DNA from: Lingula anatina
Lineage: Eukaryota; Animalia; Brachiopoda
Direction of reading: 5' to 3'
DNA length: 64,000 nucleotides
Assembly: GCA_051362555.1 (NCBI GenBank)
Contig: CM120640.1
Location: forward strand, 64,830,788-64,894,787
The position numbers were made by a program, and so were the translations under genes. Below, piece by piece: positions 1 to 12,900 of the stretch. The notes under the pieces were generated by a model that was not told the DNA's origin, searched no databases, and saw only the letters and a list, made by a program, of their open reading frames with translations. Position 1 is the stretch's first letter; each line of letters starts with the position of its first letter.

Positions 1-258
1 GTGCTACCCCAGAAATACAGTTTATCCACTAGATCAATGATTTGTATTTAATCATTGAGAGAGATTCCAAAATCCATGACTTTGGATATAAGTATAATTC
101 CTTTTCGAACAAGGGATCTACAGAATATATGGCATCACACTTAAAAGACATTTTGATCATGTTTTCAATGCAAGAATTGACCTTTTGCACATATTGATTC
201 AATATGGTGTATGCTCTATGTGAACATTTGCGATGATGTTTCTGCTGCTCTATTTCAG

Positions 259-349
259 TGTAAGTCCTTCCCACAGAGGTCTCTCCTACAAGACATTCCT
301 ATCCCTGTTACAAGACTATGGGAACACACAGCAGCGGTTTGGGAAGTGA
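259..349 (+). CDS. Possible terminal coding exon of a gene entering from the left edge (...VSPSHRGLSYKTFLSLLQDYGNTQQRFGK*)
   Basis: Acceptor ctatttcag at 250-258; phase-2 frame open to TGA 347-349; followed by AT-rich, CpG-poor UTR-like sequence. No family recognised. Confidence 0.3.
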
Positions 350-3300
350 CGGCCATCACACTGTCACAACTCCTGTGTGTATGTGTACAGATACAATGAA
401 TAGTATATTATATCAAGTCTGAATACTCCAGAATGTAATGTGAATCTTGAAAGATTACATTTTGAAGGATGATAGTGATAATGTTTGAGGTACAGATATT
501 TTTTGTGTATTCTTTTAAGAATGATGCATTATTAAATGATGCAGGTTATTTACATACTGTGCACAACTACAAATACTAACAAAAAGAATTTATATTTTGA
601 ATTATACATTTCATTAAGCCCAATGGTCATATAGAAACATTTGTACAAGTTTACATCGGTCTGGTCTGTGTTTTGAAAATGCAGGTTCATTCCTTATTTG
701 GATCTTATTGACATCATCATGGTGTTTCTTTATACAATCTGGAGAGGTTTGTCGAGTAAGTTCACTTGATATGTATAATTTTTATTTAGTATCCCAAAAG
801 GTTATCAAGAAATAAAAATTATCACTTTAATATACAGTGGCATCAAACCCTAATAAAGAGGAAATGGTTTAACACTGAGAAGGTAACGGGACTGTATGAA
901 AATGCCCGTTGCAACTATGCTTTTATCATCTTGTAACGGTTAATGAATGTTTGACAAAATTGTCTGGGACACCAAATTTTTGTAATATTTGTTTTTGTAG
1001 TTGAAATAGTCAGAAGAGTTTGAAATCTGTTTTAAATTATGATAGGCAATAAGACAAATACTAGAATCGACATTGAATTACAAGTCTCGTGTTATTAAAA
1101 AGTTCCATAATCAACATCTGAGCTTGTGATCTTGTCTTATTTTCTGTTTTCCGTTTTGATGAGCAGTAAGCTCACATTGAATTGTATGAGTGCCACTTCA
1201 AATGTGGAAGGAATGATTGAGACGGAGTGGTTGTGCCTTTTTTGCCATGCTGAGTGGGCTTCTTCATTTAAACTGCTGTTGAATTCCACCTGGGGTGGCA
1301 ATTGACGTGAATATACTTTATCTGAAACTTTTATGAATCTTATTGCAGAAAGATACGTTGGGTCAATAAAGACTCTAAATATCGACAAAGTAGTTCTTTG
1401 TTTCTCACACTCATTGTTATCTTTGATGATCTCAAGAAAGAAAAAATTTAACGTGATGCTGAAGGTTATTAAAACAGAAATTGAATTCAATAGCAAATTA
1501 AAAAAAAAATGTTACCTACCATGGATGACCTGGAATATTTATTTCCCCTATAAAAGCAGACACGTATTAATTTCCCCTATAAAAGCAGACACGTATGTGG
1601 GGTTCATGTGTATTTTCTTTTCCTTATTTTGTTTATGAAATTTGACATCGGTATTTTGCGTATGAAACGTGACCAGAATGCGCTATCGAAGCCGACCTAC
1701 GCAGTGCATATAACACAATAATGTAATGGCGTTGGAGTCACAGACGTTATTATTGGTTCACTGATTACCTAAACTGGATTAACTTTACCTGTCATGATGT
1801 ACAAAAGCCAATGACCATTTAGGTGCATTGATCACAAAAGAAAAGTTAAAGTTCGTAATGAGACATATTTTATGCGGCAAATATACTATGTTTTTCTTTT
1901 TCCATTACTTTTACGGTGACTGAATTAAGATTTGCTCCATGTAGAAAAGTGCCTGTTAAATTAGAAAAAAAAAAACCATACATTGTATTCACATGTTATT
2001 TGCCTTCAAGAAAAACTAGCTACAATCGGGTTTGGTCATCCTTACGGGCTAATAACACCATTATATATTTAGGGTGCTGTTCTTTAACGCACCTGTCTAT
2101 GAATTCATCTTACTCCGAGGAGATCCATTATGATATGTTATTACAACCATGAATGATACCCTTATATTATGTTAACCCCTATGCAATGTTTTACGTTATG
2201 TGCCTGTTAACAATAGCCTTAATAGGCTTTATCATGTCATATATTTTCGGTGTCTGGGCTTGCTGGTCAGGACCTCCATATTTAGGGAAAGTCTATAAAC
2301 GGTTCTTTTCGCCAATTCCTGTACTATAATTGAATTCATTTGTTGTGTTGTTTATTTTTAGCTCTCTTATTTAGAAATTGAGTACTCGACTATACTATAT
2401 CCAACATGGGTTATTGAAAGGGATATAGAATTATAAATAAAATTAGTCTTTGTCTCTGGTACACGTAGAGCCGCACTTGAAAAGACTGGTGCACTTCGCA
2501 GGATGTTTGGAATGCGAATTTGCACTGAAAAAGTGCACGCCTGACAGATTACCAACGTAAGAGGACATGGTTTATGATCACAAGCCTTAGCACACAGACA
2601 GTCACAGGTATATGCGGCAGAACCAATGTTCCGTTTCAAACCAACTTGAGTTGGCCTTACTCGGTGCGACCATCTGAGCAGGTCGAATGATGACGATAAT
2701 ACAGACAGCAAATCAAATCCTTCTGTTTGGATGGATTCTTTTGGAAAGCTTACCGTAACCGGACGGCGTAATGTGCTGCACTGGGTTAGGATGACCCAAG
2801 TTGGGTTGAAACGCTGCTTATCAAAAGTGTTTAAAAAGGTACCAAAGAATAGAGGAAGGTGTGGAGCTCGGTCTTCCCACAAGCGTATCTCAAAAGATTA
2901 TATTCTTGATTGAATCTTGGATCCTACATTGAACGTATCTTTTGATATCACGGGTAATAACAAATAAATCCCCCTACAAAAAAAGAACTGCATTTCATCC
3001 CTTTACTAAGTGTGTGTTCATGTCTTTGTTACCTTACATATCTCCGGTTAATAGGAGTATTTTCAAATTTAACGGCTCCTTTGAACGCCTACACTCCAGA
3101 ATTATACAGACTCAACTAGCTTTTGATTATCTTTTATTTAAACAAAATTAAGTTATATTTCATTTACAAATTAAAAAGTATATACATAGTATTATCGCCA
3201 TATGGACCTCGTGTCATCCCTGTCACGTAGCGCAATAGAATGCATAAATTGCCATCCAGTGTGTGATTGTGATCAAAAATGGAATAACCATCCCAGACAA

Positions 3301-4095
3301 ATAGCTCTTTTATACATCTTCTCAACTGTATTGTTATGGAACAATGGAGTACATAATTCACATATCTCTGCATACAGTAAGCGTTCTAAGATATTTGCAC
3401 AAAAGAAAAGGCCGTCCATGTATGATGCTCTACATTGATAGAACCCATCTGGATCATAAGCTATCTTAAATAAAAGGTGGCTCATCATACTAAGGAAATC
3501 GAATTCGGGATAAACTGCCTTCACATCGGGGGTACTAGATCCCACTACTGATGTTTAAGGTTGCCCAATTTCTATGGCAACGGTTTCTGTCAATGCACTG
3601 AACACTTAAATCAGGGACAACAGAGAGTTTACCTTAGGGGTATTGCAATCAAGTCTTAAGCCAGAACTGAACCTGATATAACCTGATGCAAACGCAGCTA
3701 GGATATATCATGGACATAACTTCTTTCATGCATTACACATCTTGCAATGCATCAATGTTCCATGTAATGTACTCTATACGGACTCCGACTGGGTATAACG
3801 GTCCACACAATACGGACAATACACACTACTTTCTAGGTATATGTACTTCCGAGATTATGGTGTCTGGCATCTTGCTGTTATAGTTATTTAAAACTAATCA
3901 TTTGGCACAGAATAAATGCGTTCTTAAAAAACATATACACTTGTTTACATCACATAATTATGTACAATAAAGCTCGGAAAACGCTCACGACTCCTTCCTC
4001 GTCAAAACAACTGCCACGTCAACAGTGGTCTCTAACCATTCCCTATAGTGAATTTGATATGAATATGATAAATGGGAAAACTGATGCTCAACATC

Positions 4096-7000
4096 TCAAC
4101 ACTTTGTCCCGTTTTCATTGGTCACAGTGACTTCCCACTGTTTTTGTTTGGACCCTTTTATCACGTGCTCGGGTTTGCGAATATCGGGCAGCTTTTCTGC
4201 TTCTTTTCGAGGAACTTTTCTTTTCGCTGGCGCACAGATGCAAACCACGCCGATAACAAGAATTAAAAGAGCAACCAGCCCCAGGCCGGCCCCTATTAAA
4301 ATACCCAAATCTATTGAAGTAATGAAGTCAAGAATACTGTTAGACGTGCTGCCACTGTCATTATTTGCGTTCTTTTTATAGTTAATATTTGTGCTGCTCT
4401 CGGCCTCCGGGATATTGTCCAGCAAGGAGCCGTACTGTTTTTGGCATAGTGGTACTGCTCGTGGCACTGAAAAGAGAAAAATCATCATCTTGAATATTGT
4501 GACGCTAAACAGAGTAGAATTGAAAATACTTATATGTTATCCATGCTGACTTCTTATTGTTTTTTACCGTGGAATCTCAAAGGTAAGGACAATGCGATAC
4601 TTTGATTCCCCTAGTCTAAATTAATCCTGTTTGAGGTACATATTTTGGATATGATATGTGAAAGTTGGTCAACTTAGATATCTGTACGTAAGGACCGAGC
4701 CCCGGGGTTCGGACCACGAATTACTCATTGAATCTTGCTATTGTATCACTTTCCAGTTGATTTGAAGTACATATTTAGCTACTGATGGCCCTTGAAAAAC
4801 TTTCTTAGAAGGGCGTTTACTCAAAGTATTAGCCTGCATTTTACAGTAGCTCTCGGTAAGAATTATGATTTTTACAACATTTGGCTAACTTCTCACGGCT
4901 TTTGCGCCTTTATTAACACATCTGTTAAACCCCTCGTGGTTGTGTTGTATCAACAAATAAAGGCGAACAAATTTGATCTTGTGATAATCTACATTAGGCT
5001 CAAGTATGTAGTAAGTGCGAATTAGTGTCTTATTTACATGCCCAATGCCGTCTTTTGGAACTTCTATCCACAACGACAGCTCTGATTGTGCCAGCATTAA
5101 GACGGCAATCAGATCGTCTTTTATACCACAAAGAAGGAGCTCCGGGCTACAAGAAAAATAACTCACCTCCGACTCCTGTCAGTGGTATGCCTGGGTCCCA
5201 TCCCCTTCGTAATGACTCTGCTATATAGTTTGTCACCATCTCCGCCGTTTGGAGGCAATAAAGATCGCAATTGGCGTTGACCAGTTTTAAATAGACGGCC
5301 GACCTTAAAGAATAAAACGACACAAGTTAGATAACTTGAATCCCGCCAAGGGTTTGACGTTTGCAACACAAAAGGCTTAGCGTGTATAAACAATATATTA
5401 TACACTCACCTTGAGTACAAGAATCAGATATAAATCTGACGACTACTGTGACAAGCAATCCATTATATAAGAAGAAGGTGTCGTGTTGCAGTGTGAATAA
5501 TATCAAATAATGAGATACAACCTACCCGCTTTTCAAAATTTTCCCGTAGTCCTGCCAACGGTAGTCAATGGAGGTATTTTTTAAATTAGTCCAAGGTATT
5601 ATTGCATAATTGATATAATTTTCCAGTTTTGTGCTTGTTGTCCCTGAAAGGTAAGTTCTAAACTGAAGATCCTGGTCTACAGTGACAATAGTTCTTAGCA
5701 GACGACTGAGGCGCCACAGAAATGCCTTAAGATCCACCTTTAATACATCAGGCTCCTGAGAAGTCACGGCGACAAATTTACCGTGAAATACGTTGGGTGT
5801 TTGTCTGCTCGGGCAATCCCCGCCGTCGTAGGCACAGCCTTCTGCGCGGCAGCCACGGTCGCACACTCCGTTGGCGAAACTTCGACGGCAGTAGTTGTCG
5901 TATAAACGATTGCATGGCGCAATTTTCCGACGACAGTCAAACCCATCAAATAATTCTTCAGGTCCGTTGCACTCGGAGTCACATTGTCCATTGAGGAATT
6001 TACTTCTACAAGTGTCACTGTATGGCTGGCAAATTACTTGAAAAAAGATAAAGCAGAGGTTAGTCTACTAGTAAAATAAATTTGCGACACTAATACTTTT
6101 CTTTTCTTTCAGTGAAAGTTGCGTTGACATTGTAGCAACGTAACTACAAATTGGCGATATATTTTACTTAGCACTTTAAAGTGATTTTAAAAACACACCA
6201 TTGTATCTCGAATGAATGAAATTTGACATGTCTTAGATAAAGACGACGGTTAGGGAGTAGGAAGTGAATTGGAACAACACGGGGAGAGTTCAAATGGAAA
6301 ACAAGACGTTTGTATCACTTACCGGCTTCTCCCTCCAGGTTGAGGCACACTTGTGTGGAGACAGTCACCGTATGTTTGTTAAATCCGTGACCGACACACT
6401 CAATGTGACATGAATATTTCCCCAAATCTGCGGGCTGAACGCTTCTTATTCTGAGAAGCGACACGTACTCTCCAGCCATGACTCCCCAGCCGGCGCTCCA
6501 CACACCATACTTATCGGAGTTTTGTACGCCGTCTATCTTCACACCATTCCGTGTCCACTGGATTGTCTTCTCGTCACAGGTTTCGTTCAAATCAGATTCC
6601 AAGATTCTAAATACTAAGTCCAAAGTTCCTCCTTTGCTGCTAATGCTTTGGCAGGGCTGGTGTGGACTAGGGAAGTAGTACGAACCTACGGCAACAAATA
6701 GAAGGAAAAACGTGAATACCTTGGTCAACATTGTCCTGTAATACATAGTGTTGTCATCGTTCACGGTAGGTTGGAAACTGACCAACGGCTACAAGAGCAA
6801 GCACTCTATAATACTCAAATAATCCTCAAAACCGCCAACCAATTGCCTTTGAACGACAATTACTATCCATTAAGTGGGTCTTCCTGCTCATCTGGCTGCT
6901 GTTATGGCACAAAGCTGTACCCTGGGGGTAGGACTCAGGGACAGGTATGAAAAGTAGAATTCAGATGACACTAATTGAGAGTGTCACATTAAAATGGCTA

Positions 7001-9919
7001 ACTTTAACTGAAGAGGAGGGTTGTGGTGACAAGCACTGGCTACTTGAAAGCTCTTCACGTGGGCAAAGTGTGAAGTAAACCTAGGTGTTTAGGCCGGCAA
7101 GGGGCTGTGAAGTAGCTAATACGTGCAGATCGGCAGTGAATAGGTAATTTTGACAGAATTCGCATGCGTAGGTGCAATCCCCTATACAAACTCATTAAAG
7201 GAGCTTCCAGTAAGAGGAACATATGGCGTATTGCCTGTTTCACAAATCCACGACGCTACTAAATTGGCCACTTTAAGCCTCCTTTTATTACTATCATTAC
7301 TGATGCAATTTCGATAAATGCTCACGCTGGTTTCACTTTGTCACTTGTTTGAAAACATTGGGCAGCGACGGCAAATAGCCCAATTATTACCCATGAAAGG
7401 AGAATAATCGAAAATTCTACAGATAATAGAAGTTTTACTAAACGATGACAGCCCCCCCCCCCCCCATCCAGTTCTTGCAGGAAGACAGGTAAATGAAGGG
7501 CCAGATGGCTTGCTAGGTAGGGCAGTTAACAGTTCCACTGATTATTTAATTTGTTGTTCCGCATAAATGATCTTTTGACAGTTTGGATCCCCCACCGTTC
7601 GGACCGAGCAAGGCATCCGCCAGAAATGGTAGCGAGTGTCGGTCTTGCACAACCGAACCGTAGGGGGTTTACCCAACAGGATTTCCACACAATAAGATTT
7701 TGAAATGAAGATAGCTGATATTGTTGACGTCATGGTCACATCCTGTAATTAGAAATTGCAGTACAATACGTACACAAATGGGCCCAGTACGTTCAGGAAA
7801 ATACTAATAATAGCGGTCAAGTGACATTACGACCCTTATTTAAGTTTGTCGAGTTTTTATGGCAAAGTCTTTCAACATCGTTACTAAAAAATCTTCGCTT
7901 ACAGATCACGACATTTTTTTCTACACTTCTCTATGTGTTTGTCTTTCCCAAACCAATTACAAGGCCTAAAATTACTGCACCTATTGTCATCAGTTAATGT
8001 ACTGGACAAAGAGTCTTTTGACATTAACTGTTTAAAAAGATTGTTCATTTATCGTGTTCATTTTCATCACCTGCCGGGACCACCTCTTGCCACCAGAAAG
8101 GCTCACTTAACCGGCCCCGGGCGATTTTCCGCCTATCTTATTGGTTTGCAGTTTACGATAATCTGTGGCAGGGTCAAATGGAAACGATGATTTATCTTTG
8201 TGTTAGTAGGTGATTTCAAGAATCCTTTTACTTGGCAAGCAGGTGCGAGCTTGACGATGTCAATGCAATGCCGTGCGGCAGCCAAGAGCTTCAGTTTTCT
8301 CTATTTAAAGAAAATAGTTTTCCGGTGGTTTCAATAGCGTTTTTATTTGTTGTAGTTGGATTATCTGGCTGTGTAATCTTTTAATCTTCGATTCTTCTAG
8401 CGGACAAAATTTGTCGAAACATCAATAAATTGACACGGTCTATTCAAAAACATTCTTTACTCACGTAGACCTTCGATGTTTGATTTTACCTCAGCAAATA
8501 AACAGTGTTAGTTTTATGGGTCCGAGTTTTGTTTCACGCATGCGCTGCAAAACGACAGATGTTGGTAGGCCACGTGCATAATCGTGATTTAGAAGGAGTA
8601 TAACAAATTCATTATACTTTATCAAAGGCCTGATTCAAGTTCACTTACAGAATGCTGCAATAATATGGAAACATTCCAGATTAAGGCGGAGATATCCGAC
8701 CACCTGCCTTGAACTGTTGCGTCACCTATCGACGAAAGAATTAAGATTAAGTTCTCAAAGACAATTCGTGTGGCAGTGATCGTCCAGGCATTAGTCAAAT
8801 TACAATTAAAAAACTACCAAATCATTTTTATATATTCACGGCGACGCAAATACCAAACCGGGCTCAAGATGGAGCAGTGCTTTTACGGAGAGTTCTATAT
8901 CGTTGTCGCCCTGAGTCGCGCGGTATTTGCTGTGAGACAACAAGGACGTGGGGGGAATATATATTCCCCAAAAAAGCAATTTCATCTCCACTGCAACAGA
9001 GTGCTTATCATGAGTCATTTTAATATATAGCGCGACCTGCTGTTTTGTGACTCTTTATCACTGTAAAGGTTGAAACGAGGCCGAGTCAAATAAAAATGCC
9101 CTTAGACTTGAGCTACTTGACCCAACTTTGAGTTGTCTTCCAAGTGAATTCCTACATTCAATCTACACGACTAGTTAAGCACAAAATCTAAAATCTCAAA
9201 TTTGAATTAATTTCAAAGTTATACAATTCCTATCAATTTCCCCTGACTTCTAATTGAAATATACAAGCAATTGTTCAAAGTTTGGTGAAACATTTCCAAA
9301 TGGGAAAATGCAAATATCACCCTCAAAAATTGAGAAAAAAAAAAAACATTTACATTTTATCCCATTAAACTCAATCGTGGGACAATAACGTTAACTTGTT
9401 AAGTGGACTGTGCGTTGTTTTCTGTGGTTGAAGCTTCTGTTGCACCGTTAGACTAAAGTAAATACAGAAACGTATTTGATAGATTTGAGGGAGGTGAATA
9501 AAAGTAAATAAAGTTATCGGCAGCGATCAATGCGCCAAAAGAGCTCGCGTGTGAACACGCCAGGTGCAAGCTATCAAAGCATAAAGCACTGCTAGCGTAC
9601 ACCGAGGTTTTCATTGAGCAACTGAAATGTACGGTCAGTTTTGATTGTGCTCAGTGGATACGCCACGAGTCAAGATGTAGATAAGGAATAGTTTACAACA
9701 CACGACTCGCGCAACGTCAAGTTGGCAAACACCTTTGAAAGGGATTGTTGTCTTCACCTTTTATCAACCGGCCAACTGAACACGTTCAATTTGAGACTAA
9801 GTCAATAGAAGTTTTCCAAAACATCAATAAAGAGTCTAACCACCCAAAAATATTCCATCTGCTCTCATCGGTCTTTTGTTCAATTTTGCAATTCTTTTTT
9901 GGAATGGGTCTTAGATTCG

Positions 9920-9973
<54 letters not shown>

Positions 9974-12900
9974 TGTTACTCATGCGTGACAAAAATTGCA
10001 TCTCTTAAAATCCAAGGATGTAATAAAAGAGACTTAAACATAACTGTCCAATATTGCTCAGTATAGTGAAAACGTCATAAATGTCCCATATTACTTTTTG
10101 TTGTCTCGTACAAGACCATCGTAAATGTCAGTGCCTACGGGACAAAGAAAACCTTATGTTTTTATTGCGTTTACAAATGTCTCCATTTGTGAAAAAACAT
10201 ATGGAGGTATTACTGTAATTGTGGATAATAAACAAAAGACCCTTAAGCGAAAGCTGCAAAGCTGGCACGCTTTGTGGTACCTTTTTTTTCTGTTTGTCAA
10301 GCAGTACGGTATACTTCAAACCGCGCAGCTGCTGCGGTGGCAATGGAAAGACCTCAAAAGTCGACCAGAGACGAGACAAATAGCCAAACTTTAGCTGTAA
10401 TTAAAATACACGGGGCAAAATCGTCGACTTTACGTACATGTACCATTAAGACCTTAAGGGTCATGCCACAATAATTCACTGTCAACCTTTCCCTCTGTCG
10501 TTTCCTTGTAAATTTACCTCTACTGGACAAGAGAGATATGGGTTCTCAAACGATAACTCACCACACCTGCATCTGATATGGACCATAAAACGTTTTATGA
10601 TTTTCAGCTTCATTTCAATGAGTTGCGTTTTTATAATTTACTATCCTTTGTTTTATATCGAAAAAGAGTTAATGGTAACAGGTTTGCACGAACGCGCATG
10701 TTCGTATGTGTGTGTGTGTGCACCCTCATATGTGTAATTAGGCATTTTGATACAAGCAAATGTTAAAAAACATAGTGTTCCAGTATAACGCCACATTATT
10801 GCTACACAGACAAAAATAAACGCACATAGAATATTCATGGTCTTATGGTTTTCAGGTTAATTTCAATATTTATAATTAGGACACCAAAGTGTATTCAGAA
10901 CTCGCGCCCACCCATTAAATGACCATGAATATGTTTACACGGACAAAGTCGAGGGCGGCGTGAACGCTGGCTGCGTCGTTTACACCACTTTTTCGCACCC
11001 TTTATTCAAATCAGCATGGAACAGCCCTAAGTCGAAAACTAAAAAGACATCTGATCATCTAATTCGTGGGTTTGGTTCTGGACGAGCCGCCCTCCCCTAT
11101 GCCATGACCTGTGCTGCTTCATTCGAATGACACTATCCTAATCATAACTGAGGCAACATAAAGCCTAAAATTACACTCCTAGTCTTCTGAACAACGGCCT
11201 CCGCTCTCAGCTTTCCTGCCCTCTTCCAGCTTATTTAATCCTAACAACCCACAAATAGACTGGCGAATTATAATTTATTGCCAGAAATTAGAGCGTGTCA
11301 AAGTGATTTAATAAAATTCTCCTCCTTTCCAAATCTATCTCTACTTTATGTGTCACTCCCTTTAATAAGACTTGAAGAAGGCCGATGGTACACTATGGTT
11401 ACAGGTTGAGTGCCGAGACAATTTACGAGACACCTGGTTTACTAACTACCATTGAGTAATGTGTATGGCGTTGTCGTAGACCTTCTTTTGTGAAACTCTA
11501 TCTAACAAAGCTTGATGTAGGTAATAGACTTGCTCAGCACTCCGGTAAACCCAAACTAATTCCGCGAGACAGGATGAGAATGTTTCAGATTTATTGTGTG
11601 CTCTATTAAACAATCAGAACGACGAATAGTTTCCAAGCGACGGTGAAACCTGCCGGTTTTATGTCATCTCCACAATGACAATGGACAACCTACTACGGCC
11701 ACAAAAGACAGAAAAGCTTCGTCTACCTCATTTTCTGAAACGTTAGAAGACGTGACCGGCGTGCCAAGACGCCGTGACACATCGCCTGTGAGGTGTTAAC
11801 CCGGCCAAATTGGTCCTTGGGTATTTTTCTAATTAAACTGATATCAATCCCTCTGATTTTCAGACAGGAAATCGTGAGAAAGAATTGTTGAGAGGAAATT
11901 CAGACTGCCAAAAAAATCATTCGACACCCCACGACGTTAGTTGTACACATTTTCCCGTTTTTTCCCCCTTTTTAACAGAAAAGGTTGGAGGGAGAATCGA
12001 ATGTCTTTTGATAAATTTAAAAGTCGAATACTGAGAAATGATATTTTGCAGCGAGATATACTGATAACTAAAAAAGCTTGTATTTTGATATGAATGCGTG
12101 TTGGTGCGACCGCGTGTGTGTGTATGGTGGGGGGGGGGTGAAAGCATCATGCTGAAAATAATATTCAGAAATGTTGTACGCTATACTGTCTTAATACACC
12201 TTGTAAAGAATTGACTTATTATACCCTGTTTTTTTTTGGGGGGGGGATTTATGAAAAATCAAAAATGCAATTCAAGCTCTGTAGTGAAAATATTAACTTT
12301 CTCGATACTGCAATACATGTCCAAATTAAAAAGTAACCTATCAGCCATTTCAGAGTTGCGTAGGCTCCCACTTTGGAAAAATCAGTTTTTGAAGTAGACA
12401 TTAAAAAACTATATTGTGAGCACCTGCTGAAGCTCGAGACACTGTATTCTGAATATTTCTAACCCCGATAAGTCATCGTCCTAGTGCAGATGCGCCGACT
12501 TCAGCCAAGCCATAATACCTAATGTACTCGCTTGGTTACATACTTAAGATGCAAAAATGTGTGATCCACATATCAAAATGGAGGTGATGCCCTCACTCTC
12601 CTTTCAATGCCTGCACAAGACACTTCATATTTTCCCCATTGATCCTCCATTACCAACCAGACAGTCAACTCATCAGTGTATATAAAACCTCGCCTTTGTG
12701 TTGTGAGTTGTGTAGTTTTTCCATAGGATTCCCACTTGTATTGTATCGCTGACCTGGCCTTGGCGTATTGTCAGGACCTGAATAAACGGCTTAGAAAAGC
12801 ACATCCTGAGTTCAATAGGGCCTGAGGGTCGCTTTCACACGGAGTTGAAAGAAAAGACTGAGAAAATCCCTATCATATTTGCCACTTCCCAATACTCTTT

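Noticed and set aside
4096-6036. Calling the LNR/NOD gene Notch or a Notch pseudogene
   Set aside because: No EGF, RAM or ankyrin exons are visible, the TM exon ends in a stop after 44 aa, and the frame is intact across all exons.
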